Assembly (NCBI GenBank): GCA_023213395.1
Contig: CM041465.1
Coordinates: 75,647,741-75,711,740, forward strand
From: Cycas panzhihuaensis
Taxonomy: Eukaryota > Plantae > Cycadophyta
Direction: 5' to 3'
Length of the DNA stretch: 64,000 nucleotides
Under the pieces are notes generated by a model that searched no databases, had not been told where the DNA came from, and saw only the letters and a list, made by a program, of their open reading frames with translations. A program made the translations under genes and the position numbers. Within the stretch, counting starts at the first letter, position 1. Every line of letters starts with the position of its first letter. Below are positions 1 to 13,994 of the stretch, one piece after another.

Positions 1-1169
1 ATGTTGAAGATGTCCACCAAAAATCTAATATAGAAGGGTTAGAAACTTGGAAATTTGGAACATAAATATTTGAAGAAGCAGAAGTGGAGAAGATAATGTA
101 TCATTAACTCCATCACCATTTAAATCTGAAACAAAAATAGAAAGAAACAACCAACTAGTTGTCAAATATCTCAAGTAAAGTACTTATGAAAATGAAATCA
201 CTGTTGAAAGAATAATGGTAGTAGAAGTACAACTCAAGCTAAAATTGAAATGACATAAAATCCAATCTCTAAAATTTAATGAGTATGAAGATTGTCTCAA
301 TGATTAAGAAGTTAGTTTGTTAATCAAACTAAGTCATACTTATGTTTAGGGCATTCAAAAGCTACTAAAAATTTAGTATAAATTACCCAAAGGAAGAAAC
401 CAAACTATGAAAATTAGGATCCAAAGTTAAAAAAGGTAGATCTTGTGCACAAAAAATTGCCTGCAAAGTGAGTTGACCAATGTCAATTGTTAGAATCATC
501 ACTAAAAATCTAAAAATGTCTCAAGCCATTAATCCAATGCTGAAAAGGATCGATCAAAATTAAAATATGTGAAAATATCATTTGCAAATCTGGAGAGTAA
601 TATCTTGGCAAATGCTAATCACCAAAATATGTAACATTAGGTAGGTGCAATAACTTGCTGAAGAGTATCTAATCATGTAAGTGTCAAACTGTAGAATTTT
701 ATGCAACTAAATGAATACAAGATAGAACTACTATCAAGTGTGCAACGATAGATAAAAATATGTGAAAAGATATGCCATAAAAGAAAATGCACTAAAGTAT
801 AACTGAAGGGGTAGTAGAAGTCATAATTAGGAACTTGAAGGAGTCAGTAGAACTCAAACTAGAGAGATTTGAGACTAATTGTTCCAAAGGAATACCAATG
901 AAAGGTGCAAAGCTAAAGTAACTCAAAGATGCTTCCGAAAAGTGCTTAGAGACAAAAGGATCTAAGAGTGTGTTGGAAGGAGGTGATAACTAAGGTTGCA
1001 ATGGTAGCAACATGGAAAAGATCATCCGCTACTAGAGAAGAAATTAACATCAAAGGAATCCAAAAAGTAAACATCTCTTAAGTCAGAAGTAGGATGCGAA
1101 TCCATCATATCTAAAGAAAATTGTCATCTAAGCTAGCACGAGACATTCAACTAAAAGGATGAACAAAAC

Positions 1170-1663
1170 TATTATTGAAACTATAGAATGAAAGAAGGGA
1201 AATAGAATATCTGTTTTACAATATCATTAATAACTCAATCAAATTCCAAAAGTAACTGGGACTAAAAATAGAAAATAGATTTACTTAGTTGCAAACTATT
1301 GCTATTAAAGTCGACTAAAAAGGTCAATGAGGAAGAAGGTGAGAGACTCTTAGGAGATGTGCTAGGAATAAGGCCTGACTCAATGTAAATACAAGTAGTC
1401 CCCAACCCAAAAATTAGGTTGATGTTGACTCAATAATCAGGTAGATAATTTGAGTCTTTTGACATTAACTCAATGGCATCTTGACTCATTCGATGGTGAT
1501 TTGCATGACTCGATTTAATCCAGGGACGAGCTAGGGAAGGGAGTGGGATCTAAAGTCTCTTATTCTCTTTATAATGATGACTCAATAAACTCAACAAAAT
1601 TGCATAATATATTTCAATTGATTTAGACACATGAGCCAAGTAAACAGGTGAGGAAATTGGGTG
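1170..1663 (-). repeat. Distal part of old Gypsy/Tat element E sequence; continues at 50246 once element A is removed
   Basis: Aligns by eye with 59700-60180 (gagactcttaggagatgtgctaggaataagg vs gagagtcttaggggatagaataagaataaag). The rejoined junction ...attgggtg-gaaga-gaatac matches the uninterrupted gattgggttgaagagaatat at about 60174-60193. Confidence 0.65.
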
Positions 1664-1668
1664 GAAGA

Positions 1669-2156
1669 TGTTAAAACATGGTACGAGAAGAACAATTCTC
1701 ATACCACCTGTAAGACACACTAGCTAATCACAGGTTCAAGAATCACAACAACATATTGTTATGCCATGTTAAACATTAATATATCATCATAAGGATATGT
1801 ACACAAACATTGTACGAAACCATATCAAACATATGAACATGCATAAACATCACTACAAGACTTTAGGTATAAACGTGGAAAATCCAAACCAAGGAAAATT
1901 CATGGGAGAAGGTTGGAGGCTAACTTTACTCTATTAATCACATAATAAAGTCACCCCTTCTACTCTTAATTTTTCCAAGTGGGTGTGTACATATTTATAG
2001 GACAATTTGCCTCATGATAAGCCTGTTACATTACAAAATCTTTTCACCTTCCAATAGGAGGTTACTATTAACAATTGTGCATTTGTCACATTAACTAATA
2101 TTATAATGTGGTAGAACATTAAACATTAATCATGTGAATAACACCACATTCTAACA
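1669..2156 (-). repeat. 3' LTR of element A (488 bp)
   Basis: TGTTAAAACA...TTCTAACA termini; colinear with 49661-50240. Confidence 0.9.
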
Positions 2157-2168
2157 ATCCTCCTTAAG
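2157..2168 (-). other. Polypurine tract of element A
   Basis: Minus strand reads cttaaggaggat directly before TGTTAG. Confidence 0.75.
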
Positions 2169-3982
2169 TTTAATGCTTATAATTTGTAAGTCTTCAAGTC
2201 CAAACTCAGTATCTATGTTAGATTCTGCATCAGCTGCAAGCTAATAAATCATACTTGCATTAGACAAGTGTGATCTATCATTAGAAGACATTTGCTTATC
2301 ATGAAATGAACCAATTAACCACTTGCAACCATGACTCAACATGCTATGCTATATTAAGTCTTCTCTTTAACCATGTCACAAATTTCTTCAAGATTGAATG
2401 CAAGCCAATACACAAGCTAGTTCGATGGAATGGCCTTCTTCGTATATGGTCCATCAACATATGTAGATTTCTCCTACTACCCTTTTGTCTGTTTCTAACT
2501 CTCCTACGCCCCAAGGAGACAAACCTGGTTAGAAAACCCTTAGCCACATCCACTGAACTATGAAAAGTATATAAGAATTATTCTCTGAGCATAACCATGC
2601 GACAAGCTAATAAGTTTGAACAACTTCATATCCTCTACTTGTAAAGCTACAAATAACCAACACTTCCACTTTTTTGAGTATGCGCTACCTCTGTCAGCAA
2701 TTCTGCATTCACGCATGTACTATCTCTGTCAGTGATTTTGCACAAACGTATGCATGGTCTCCAAGCATTGCCTCTCCATTGATGATTCTATACATGCCGC
2801 TTAAACATATGAAACTACAACATCTCATATCAGGTGAAATAATCAACACATAAACTAAGTGTCATTAGGTACCTAGGGCCCTTAACATCATCTAGGTAGT
2901 AAACAAACCAGGTGTGCAAAACAAATGTTATTTGATTAGTGCTTCATATCACTATATCAAATCTCATGCATATCTAGAGGAGTTTCTAACATCCCTCTTA
3001 AATCACATTAAAAATTGAGCTTCAAATCATCATTAATGAGCCTTAATATGTACAATTTCAATGAAAACTTATTTTCATTTGCCAACAAGTAATCATTTAC
3101 ATCATTACATGTATTCATGAGCCTTTAAAACCATTAAACATGCTAGTCCAATTTTAAAATGCTCGAAAATTGTAAAATTTCACCTATCAAAATCACTTTG
3201 ATAAATTTTATCTATTAAAATTTGTCTTATGCAAATTTTAAAACATGCCTTGTGACCACTTGTTTCGATTGTCTCAAAGTGCTCTTTCTAGAGCAATTGG
3301 AAACACCTCAATCCAGCATCCCAATGAAAAGTTACAGTTGAAACGATGATAATATGTCATCTAAAATCGAATGCAATTTAACAAATTTGATTAGTCCCTT
3401 TCATTGGAGCTTCTAGTCACATCAAATCACCCCATGTGACCTCCTGTTGCTATCTTGGGGCCTTTGTGAACTCCACTCAATTATCAGATCTTACCTTTGT
3501 AATATTTTTTTTGTTTTTTTATGCAATATCAAAACTTGCCTCCCTGCGTGCAAATTCAAGCAATGATTCATCACAAAATTTGCATCAGATTGATTTGAAA
3601 TTGATTGAAATACTCTTAAATCCATCATCAGGCATCATAATAATCCTTTAGGTTGTGAGCGCATCATCCATGGTCTGGGCATTTTCATCTCTATAGCTCA
3701 ACTAGGCGCCACTATCACAGATCACGCATGCAACTCAGATCTCTATGCAAGTGATTGTATCTCTTCATTTTAGCTTCATGTTCACGCTAGTGGGTGCCTT
3801 TACAAATGTGGCCAGATTCTTTTATCACTATGGTTTTTTTAAATTTATATGGCAGCTCACACAGGGGAGGTTTTTATGGTAGCCATAGCCATATTTTTCC
3901 ATGCAGACGTATGCTATTTCCTCTTACATCACGACTATGACCAACTATCCATTGATGGGTGGCTTTATAGTTCTATCTCCTT

Positions 3983-4301
3983 TGTTAGAGTGGTAACTTA
4001 ACCGACAAATGTTAATATGGTGTATTATGGCGCAAATATTATGGAGAATAATGTGGCATCTATTATTGTATTAAGACTAATATAGGTTGACAGATGCACA
4101 CTTGAGACACTTGAGGATCTATTTAAAGAGATATAGGGTCCGTTATAAAGTAATCTTATGTATTAACGTAATCAATTTATTTTGTGGTGGGTTTTTATTG
4201 AAAGGCTTCTCGTGTCAATTCTATTGTACTGTGTGCTTGCATCTTTCATGCTTGGTGTGTACATAAATGATATGTATTGTGTTTTGTCTATTGTTCTAAC
4301 A
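3983..4301 (+). repeat. Copia-1 5' LTR
   Basis: Direct repeat of 9626-9944. 13 mismatches in the first 60 bp, 12 of them transitions. Confidence 0.93.
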
Positions 4302-4313
4302 TGGTATTAGAGT
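4302..4313 (+). other. Copia-1 primer-binding site (tRNA-Met-i type)
   Basis: tggtattagagt versus consensus TGGTATCAGAGC, directly after the LTR. Confidence 0.85.
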
Positions 4314-5605
4314 AAATGGTCATGTATAAAGAGAATGGGTGTTGGACACAATGATCGGGTTGCAGGTTGCCGAGTAGTGTTGGCATAATCCTTCAATTAG
4401 ATCTATTATTTTCTAAGTAGCCCAAGTGCCTCCTCTATTAGATCTGTTATCTGTTATTATAGGCCATCCTCTTTAAAATTGTAGAAAACTATAGATTCCC
4501 AGATGTAAGAAGAGCAGAGTTGGATTATATTTGCATAGCACCTATTTGCATTACATGCTTCATTGTAGAGGAGGTGAGTCTAATAAGTGCCAGCCATGGA
4601 TCAAATTGTAGCAACACTACCTGTTGTTGAGTCACTAGTCGAAGATTGTGTTGTAGAGCCACTGCCCATACTTGATGTCGCCTATTAGTTGAGTGTATCA
4701 TGTAGACAAATGAGACATAACTGTTATGGGTGTATATCTCGCAACGAGATGTTAATAGAGGCATAGATGAAGCTTGATAATGAAGTCAACCATAGTAGAT
4801 ATTTGTGTGTTGACTTTGTAACATTGTAAATGAATTCTAAGAGTAATATCGCCACCACATTATGTCAAAGAGTCTATTACTTTACGCAAGCCATTAGGCG
4901 AAGAGATAGAGATGAACTCAAAAATAAAGAGCATACTAACTCCAACCATCATAGGTACGATTGCGCCACAACTCATTGAGGGAGACAACTACCATAATTT
5001 GGTCATGCATCTTATATAGTCATTGTAGATGTTCATATATACATTCCCTAGTGACAAAGAGGCATAGATGAAAACATAAATAAATGGGATATTCTTAGAT
5101 CCTCTAACAAGCAGTCTTACACATAGTTGAACTCTCAGTGGAGTTTGTCGTAGAGTTATGGAGCTGTAAACATATCAAAGGTATTTTTTAAAAGTGAATA
5201 ATCTTTGATATTTCCTTTTATTCGTTTGATACATTGGAGGTGTAATTCAGACATCTATGGTTATGTGGTGTGATATAAATGAGGCATTTTTTTTGATGTG
5301 TAAGAGGGTTCTGGCATAGTGGCTTAGTTGACTATTACATTTGTTATGTATTTTTTATGATTTATAGTGATTAGTACTTGAGAGATCAATCTAAAAATAG
5401 TAATATTTTATATTAAAAATAGATTTGTTAAGAGTTTAGAGTTGTCTTTCTATTAAATTGTCTGTGGGCTTGTGAGTGTGTTATAATTTGCTTTGCTTAG
5501 CTATCATATTCTATGTTGTGGAATGAACTATTTCAACATTATGTTTGAGAGAACATTACCTGTGTAAGGTTGATATAGAATTCCTGTGTTTGCCTGTATT
5601 TTATC

Positions 5606-8600
5606 ATGGAAAAGTTGGTTCCTTTGGTAATTTTCAATGGAAATAACTTTAATAAATGGAAGGCAAACATGGAATTGGTTCTCATGGTGAACCAACTTTG
5701 GGGCATTACCAAATCTGAATTATTGGCTATCCCTTTAGATGAGAAAGGGCATATACATGTAAAGGAGAAACAATTTATAATTGTGGAATTACTTAAGTTG
5801 TCTTTGGCTCCAGACTAGAGAGCTTTAGTCGACAACCTTGAATTCCCTTAAGATATTTAGACAAAGCTGTGTGAGACATTTGAGAATAAGAAAACTAACC
5901 ATTGTATTACTCTTATAATAGAGTTATTGAATTCAGTAGTAGAGGATGACAACATAAGTGTGTACCTACATAAGATTACTAATTTGAAGAACTGATTGGA
6001 AGAATTGAAGCTAAACTCAATTGATGATGCATTACTCTTTGCGATCATTATGTCGAAATTACTAACTGTATTTGGAACCTTCCATACTATCTTTGCAAGA
6101 GATGAAATTATAGAGGATGAATCATTTGAGTCATTGAAGAACTTGATTCTAGCCGAAGACACCAAGTTGAAGTATCATGGAATGCTTGCTAGTTCAGAAT
6201 CAAATCGGGCTTTGGTCATAAAGACACAAAGGAAAGATGTCGTTCAGGAGGGTAAGTCCACATAGAAAATATGGGAGACATCTCGAGAAAAGAAGAAGTT
6301 TATAGGTTAAGTGCAATCACTGTAAGAAAGAGGGTAAAAAAGAGAAGAATTATTGGTTTAAGAAGTGGGAGAAGCGTAAGGTTAGCTAAGGTGATAAAAG
6401 AAAGAGTGTAGAAGCACATTGCATTATGGTATCAATGTTGTCAACTGAGTCAAATTAGAAAGACTATTAGATCCTAGACTGTAAAGCACAAAAATATATC
6501 ACTTATTAGAAACGAAACTTTAATGCCTTGAATGCAGGTTTGAGTGATGTTAATGTTATTCTTGGAGATGCTCATGCTATGGAAGGTGTTGGTTCCATTT
6601 TGCTTGTAAGAGGTAAGCTCAATGGGGTTTATTATGTGCCAAAGATGAAACTTAATCTTCTTTTTGCCTGGGAAATCTGCAAACAAGGTATGAAAATTGA
6701 GCTTTATAATAATAAATGCATAGTTAACAATCCTAAAATAAAATTTTCTATCATTACTACTACGAAAGTTCAAGATAACTTTAGGGTGTTTGAGAAATTT
6801 AGAGCCCAAAAGGAATCCTATGCTTTTATTACTAGTGTTAATGATGTGAGCAAGTTATGGCATGAGTGTTTGGGATATTTTAACTACAAGAGCAATAGCC
6901 TCATAGATTGAAGATGGTGGTTGGTCTATCACAAATTTCGTGTTTAGAAGGTGTTTATGAAGTATGTATGGGAAGCACCATTGCTATTCTTTTGCTAGGG
7001 ATTGTGCTTGGAGATCGAAGGAGAAGTTGGAACTCGTGCATACTAATTTGATAGGGTCACTATCAAATCCTTCTATATCAAGTGCTCATTTTGTTCTTGT
7101 GTTTATAGATGGTTATACTAGGAAAGCCTAGGTTTTCATCTTGAAAAACAAGTTTGAAGTGTTCAATTAATTTTATGAATGGAAAGAACATGCTGAGAAT
7201 GAGAGCAATAAGAAAATAAAGATTTTAAGAAGTGATAATAGAAAAGAGTATGATAATAACACCTTTAATCAGTTCTGCCTTAATCATGGTATCAAACGAG
7301 AACTGATCATTTTATGTACCCCATAGTAAAATGGTATCATAGAAAGGAAGAATCATACCATGATGGAGATGGCAAGGTGTATGGTGCATACAAAGAATCT
7401 ACTGGCAATGTTTTGGGCAGAAACTATTGCGATGACTATTTATATTCTGAATAGAGTACCTACATAAGTTGCTCATGGCATTACCCTTGAAGAATGTTTG
7501 ACCAATCAGAAACCTTCTATTAATTATTTTAAGATATTCAGGTGCATTGCATATGGATACATCCTAGACCCATATCAAAAGAAGTTGGATTGTAAGAGTT
7601 TGAAGTGTATCTTCATAGGGGACTTAGAAGAGAATAAAGCTTATAGACTTTGGGATCCATAGGGGAAGAAGCTTTTGGTTAGTTAGGATGTTAATTTAGA
7701 TGAGTCAATGATGTATCATACTAAGAGGTCATTTGAAGACATATTTTATCCTCCACTTTTTCCCTTTCTAAGTCGAGTCTCAATAGGTATAGAAGTTAAG
7801 GAGCGAAGCACTGTGTAAAAAATGAAAGTAGGATCAAGTGGGAGTAATAATGAGGAGCCATCACAAGAAAAGATACGAATAACACCATGTGTTCCATTAT
7901 GGTCTAGGAGGACTATTGAGGAATCCTATGTGATGGTGAATGATCTTGAAGATGGATGTCGCATGAGAAGTAAACACACTACTCTGACTTTGGTGGTGGA
8001 CACCAATGATTCCAATAATCTTATTTTGTATGAAGAAGCAAAGAAGATCCACGATGGAGAGCTATAATAAAGGAGTATAATTTGATAATGAATAATAACA
8101 CACGGGATTTGGTTTTCTTATCTCCATTCAATAAGCTAGTTGGTTGCAAGTGGATATATAAGACAAAGTTTTGCTCCAATGGAGAGGTAGATAAGTATAA
8201 GGCTAGACTTGTTACATAGGGGTTCAAACAGAAAGAAGGAATCAACTATGTAGAAACATTTACACCACTCTCCAAGATGATAATAGTATAATTGATCCTT
8301 GCTTGAACAAGTACATATGGTTGGGAGTTATACTAGATGGACATGAAGTCAACATTCCTTAACGAAGAGTTGAAAGAGCTATTTATATGGCTCAACCTCT
8401 TAGTTTCATAAGGGAAGGATATGAGCATTTAGTGTGTGATTTGAAAAAATCTCTTTATGGCCTAAAACAAACACCTCGTGCTTGGTGTGATAAGATAGAT
8501 GTCATATTGAAGGAGGATGGTTTTGTAATGATAGAATTGGAGTTGAGTCTTTATATTTGAAGGAATGAAACTACAATAGTTGTTATTGTATTATATGTTG

Positions 8601-9540
8601 ATGACTTTGTTGTTACAGGCAATTGTAATAGAACTATTGTAGCTACAAAGTCCTATTTGGGACATACTTTCGATATGACAGGTCTCATGCCACTTCATTA
8701 CTTCTTGGGCATTGAAGTTAGGTAGATGGATGATCACATCATGATGTTGTAATCGAGGTATGCAAAGAACTTGCTTAGGAGATTCAGGATGAAAGATTGC
8801 AAGCCAACAAAAATACCATGTGTTAAGGGTATAAAACTCCTGAAAGATATTAATAAGCTACTTATAGATGGGATACTATATTAACAATTAGTAAGGAGTT
8901 TCATTGACTTAACTTATATTATACCTAATATTACTTATGTTGTTCGATTGGTATCTCATTACATATAGAATCCGAAGAATGTCATTGGGTTGCTACAAAG
9001 AGGATTCCGAAGTATGTTAAGGGAACACTCAATCTTGGCCTTGAATACCTTCGAGATGAAGAGATAAAATTACATGAGTATACTAATGCAAATTAGGGTG
9101 GAAATGCTAAAGATAGGAAATCAACTGTTAGATACATTTTTGGTATTGACAATGGGTTTCTATCATAGCAATCTAAAATGAAAGTTGTCATTGCATTGTC
9201 TTCTATAGAGGCTAAATACTAAGGACTCAGTGTAGGTGCAAGCGAAGTAATATGGTTATAAGGACTTTTGGAGAATCTTAGAACATCTTCTAGCACACCT
9301 ATTATACTTATTAATAATCAGAGTGCTATTTGACTTTTGAAGAATTTAGAATTTCCCACATGTAAAAAGCATATATAGATCTAGCACCATTATATGTATG
9401 AGCAGATCGGATCAGGGAAGTTTCAAGTAGAATTTTGTCTAAGTAAAGAACAATTTACAGTTGTATTTACCAAAGTTCTTACTGAAAACCACTTCATTAA
9501 GATACATGCCAATTTGGGACTTAGTGAAGTTATCCTTGAG
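5606..9540 (+). pseudogene. Copia-1 gag-pol, with many stops and frameshifts
   Basis: Gag FNGNNFNKWKANMELVL and a decayed zinc knuckle near 6310. PR region about 6460-6700. LWHECLGY (GAG-pre-integrase). INT core ELVHTNLIG...KILRSDN...NGIIERKNHT. RT VGCKWIYKTK, LKKSLYGLKQ, LYVDD. RNase H remnant about 9075-9520. Confidence 0.92.
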
Positions 9541-9616
9541 GGGGGGTATATCAATAAGGATAAAGACAAAGGATAGTCTAGCCCTTATGAAGAATTCAAG
9601 ACCTCACATTTACATT

Positions 9617-9625
9617 AAGGGGGGA
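9617..9625 (+). other. Copia-1 polypurine tract
   Basis: Purine run (aa, six g, a) immediately before TGTTAG at 9626. Confidence 0.85.
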
Positions 9626-9944
9626 TGTTAGAGTGGTAACTTAACTAATTAATATTAATGTGGTGTGCTATAATGCGAATATTGTGGAGAATAATGTGGT
9701 ATATATTATTGTATTGAAACTAATGTAGGTTGACAGATGTACATTTGGGATACTTAGGGATCTATTTAAAGAGATTTGGGGTCCATTGTTAAGTAATCTT
9801 ATATATTAATACAATTAATTTATTTTGTGGTGGATTTTTACTGAAAGATTTTCCATATCAATTCTATTATACTGTGTGGTTGTATTTTTCGAGCTTATTG
9901 TATATATAAATGATCTATATTATGTTTTGTCTGTTGTTTTAACA
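9626..9944 (+). repeat. Copia-1 3' LTR
   Basis: Direct repeat of 3983-4301, followed by TSD TCCTT. Confidence 0.93.
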
Positions 9945-11912
9945 TCCTTCATTCATGCTGCATCTTCATCTTCATTTATGGGCAGCCATATATATTCACC
10001 TCTTTTCTCAATTATTTTCTAGGCCAATGTTGGGTGTCTACATTCTCTATGGTTAGGCGCAAATCTTCATTCATCCATGGCTTACATATTCTACACAGGG
10101 TGTCTTCACAACTATATAGGACCTGGCTCCTCCTTCCTTTTAATTTTACACACAAGATTTGCATTACATTCTCCTCTCAACCACAACATGGTGAGCATAT
10201 AATCTTCCATGCTTCATATACTCCACAGTTAGGGTTTCTAATGGATCATTATTCATTTCATGTAAGGTTTCAATCATCTAGATGGTGTTGAACTAAAGAA
10301 ACAAGAACCAACGGGCTCTCCATTTCCACAATGATCTCAACTCCACGATGGCAATTCATCAATGTTTATCACATCAGTGACCATTAGATAGAACAATGTC
10401 TAATTTACACAGTGGTACTTCATGCAAAATGGTAAAATAGTAAGGATTTAGCACAAAACAAGGTCTCAATGGACCAAAATAGTTACACATAGGATGGAAA
10501 TGGGATGAAATAGGCATGAAATGGACCAAAATAAATATTTGGTGTATATATAGAATAAGGTCCATTTCCTCAAATGGATTTCACCATTCTTTCTCATTTC
10601 TCCAAATAGCTTTACAGACAAGCTTAGAAATTATCATGAAAAATCATGATTCATATCTCGTTACAACCCTAAATCAACATGTAAACACTATGCCCTTATA
10701 TATGCTTACATCGGTCATTAATCAAGATAAATATGCCTGCCAAAAATACATCAATAAACTGATAAAATAATGGCTTTGCATTCATAACATAAATCACATT
10801 ATGTCATTAATATTTCTCACATTCATCCATCATGCCATGAAACCACAACTGCCATACTTTCATTATATGACACATGATAACATGCATGCCTCTCACATGC
10901 ATCCAACCATACCCTTGTCCTCTTGTTTGCATCAAAAACTTCATAATAGTAGTTATCTTTGCCAACATATCTCACTCACTATCAAACATATGAAGGCTAT
11001 CACACAATTGCTTCTCACCTCATAAGTAAACTGCCTATTTCACATTACTGAGTACTAGCTCACCATCTCAACTTATTGCAACTATCTTAATATGGTGAAA
11101 CCCCATACCACTCCAAGCAGCCTTAAATCACTTAACAATGAACACTACTACAAAAATACCACTACAAGAACAAAATCCATAAACCTGTGAACCAAAAAAA
11201 TCCATCTGGGTAAAAGAGATATCACCAACTATTAATTGACATGTTACTAAATCTAAGGTCTAGTGAGGTGATCAATCTCACAAAGCCTCAACCACATTTG
11301 CAAGGGATCAATTTACAAATCCAAACTTAATCAATTTATCTTCATCGTATTCAGTGGACTAGTAAAAGATCTTCCTATATTGGCAACAATAATTAAATAG
11401 GGATGTCATTTTGGTCTTCTCTAACTGCTCCACCCTTCAACAACCAACAAACCATACTTCACATGTAACAAGTTCTCCTCTTGCATATTTATAAAAACTG
11501 TGTGCACAACACACTAAACAAATATCCATAAATAACAAATAAATATTATACCATGTAGCTCTTGTAGTACTCATTTCACACAACTTTCAATAGTTGTATG
11601 TGGCTCTCAACATGTCCTAATTTGGTCACATCTCATAAGCATAACCTTGGCTCATCAAATCCTCTTTAACAAGGTCCTTGTACTAGCTCATATTGACTTT
11701 GTCATCCTAACACTGCCTCAATATTGGCTCTCTCATCTATTGCACAACTTCTACTAGGCTCATTGGCACCAACATACTCTAGGTGCTCTTGTTCAACACA
11801 CATCCAATTTATAATAGAACTTTATGTGACAAACTCACATATGCATGCTCTGAATTAACATGGCTAATAACCTATCTCAAACAAGTTCTCCACATAGAAA
11901 CCTTTAATCCAA

Positions 11913-11925
11913 TCGACTTTGATAC
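11913..11925 (-). other. Distal half of element A's PBS; proximal half is at 49652-49660
   Basis: Removing B rejoins the minus strand as ...AACA-ttTGGTATCAAAGTC, close to Met-i PBS TGGTATCAGAGCC. Confidence 0.8.
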
Positions 11926-13173
11926 TGGTTTACTAGATTGGTGCCAATTACCTTAGAATGACTCTATGAGAAGAGAAAGCTAGTGTAACTAATCTCAAGG
12001 AGTAACCCTTTCAACCAATATCTAAGAAGGGATCTTGTCTACTTGTGAGTTCAATTTATGGAGAAGCAAATAAATGAATACAGGTTACGGCATGGTTTTC
12101 ATGTGTATTAGAAAGATAAATCTAAATCTAATTAATTTAAATCAAGTATTAGCAAGCCAAGTCTACATGCATAAACTAACATGCATTTTTAGTTTGAATG
12201 AATACAACATAAAAATGGACATGCAACCAAATCACATCATATGAAATGCAAAATGTAATTCCTTTCTATTTCACTTTGTGTTTTTCTAAATAATTGAAAA
12301 ATGAGAGCAAAACACAAGTAGTCACAAGAGACAAAGGAGATCTAGGTGCTTAAGTTGTACTTATATTTATTGTATTGCTCAGTCCTTTGCTTTACTCTTT
12401 CAATCTCTTGAATATACTCAAGAGAAAGTATAAGGATGAAAGAGATTAGTAATCAAATAATCACAAAGTTTCTCGCTCAAGACCTACTTGATTAAACTTC
12501 CAAGTATCTATTATTTTCTTGTAAGTAGGCAAGAAGGGAAGAGGGAAACAAAGCATACAATCAACAAATAAAGATGTTCATTCACTTTACTTTTCTTTCT
12601 TTTCCTTACTTGTTTATGAAATTTTGAAACCAAGAAAAGAAGAGTGTTGAGATAAGAAATTTGTATCTTATGGAAGATTACAATTAAACAACTTTACTTC
12701 TTTTCAATGCTCCTTATGTTGACTTGTTACTTATTAGCCAAGAAAATGATATGTAGATATGATAATAATTAATTTAAAGAAAATAACTCTCACATACAAG
12801 TCCACAAATTAACCAAGATTGTAACAACAAGCATATAGTACTAAGTAAACCTTGCATGTGAAAGAAAAACTACCTTGCTTAAAGATTCCTTCCTATTTGT
12901 CATCCCACCTCCTCTCAAAAGTTTAGGATATGTTATTCCAACACTTGGTAGGGTCAAACCTATTGTGATTTGTGAGATAAAATAAAAAAGAGTGATGCAG
13001 TTGCTTTAAGGAAGGACTATGATCAAGAATTAGAACCAGTTCAATACTTGAAAATAACCGTTAGACAACTTTACTAATGTGATACACACTTAAGAATCAA
13101 AGCTAATTTTATTCCTAGGTTTTATCAGTCCAAGAGATCAACAAAACCACTAGATATCAATGAAAATGAAAGA

Positions 13174-13177
<4 letters not shown>

Positions 13178-13264
<87 letters not shown>
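13178..13264. repeat. Compound microsatellite (CT)n(AT)n in B 3' LTR
   Basis: Directly visible. The matching site in the other LTR (about 48328-48359) has only (AT)n. Confidence 0.97.
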
Positions 13265-13933
13265 AGATGAACTTGAATAAAACCATACATTAACTTAAGA
13301 AAGCATCAAGTAATCCAAATAGAGTTACCTTCAATCTGAGCAAAAATGCAGAATATGCCTCAAAATGGTGCCTTACTTTTGTTTAACATATTACCACCAA
13401 GCCCAAAAAGCCATAAGGATGACTTGATTGATGACAAAGGATGTTGAGGGAGAGCATGATGGACTCAAAAGACTAGCAAGAACTGAAGAAGACTAATCAC
13501 ACCATATGAGTGAGAACTTAGGCCTATGAACTAAATAGGAATTATGGTAGATGTAGCCCTCTATTCTTCCTAATAGGATCAATAGGTTCTCATGAAGATG
13601 GGTCTCCAATCAAGTTTCAAACAACAAAATGAATACTAGAAAGCATAATAGTACTTGAAAAGCTCTTTTAAAATTCTCCAAAAACTCTCCACTAACTTTG
13701 AAAAATCACCAAGATTTATAGACTAAGGGAGGATGTAGGTGGAAAATCATGCCATAGTTTTTGGCTATGGATTAATTAATTTCTACTGAGAAAATCTCTA
13801 TATAGACAAGGTTTACATGATTGTGAGACAGTTGGGGTAGGTTAGGCGATACCATGCCTTGATTCTGGGTGGTTAGCGTTGAAGGAAATATGTAAATTAG
13901 TATTTTTTGTCATTTTATGCATGTATAATAGTA

Positions 13934-13994
13934 AAAAACACAATTTTATTAATAAAACACAATTGTCATGTTTTATTAAGAAAGTTGTGTTTTT
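13934..13994. promoter_or_regulatory. Decayed 61-bp palindrome of AAAACA(C/T)(G/A)A motifs in B 3' LTR
   Basis: aaaaacacaattttattaataaaacacaa-ttg-tcatgttttattaagaaagttgtgttttt. The regulatory role is inferred. Confidence 0.55.

Larger units (their letters stand above)
3983..9944 (+). mobile_element. Copia-1: full-length decayed Ty1/Copia LTR retrotransposon inside element A
   Basis: 319-bp LTRs (TGTTAG...AACA), perfect TSD TCCTT at 3978-3982 and 9945-9949, PBS, PPT, and gag-PR-INT-RT-RH domain order. Confidence 0.95.

Noticed and set aside
1-1170. Possible minus-strand gag of a further Gypsy unit
   Set aside because: Only Ser/Pro-rich fragments and weak motif hints, too degraded to call without an HMM search.
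2170-2560. RNase H remnant or small ORFs in element A
   Set aside because: The position next to the PPT fits, but motif similarity is too weak to support.
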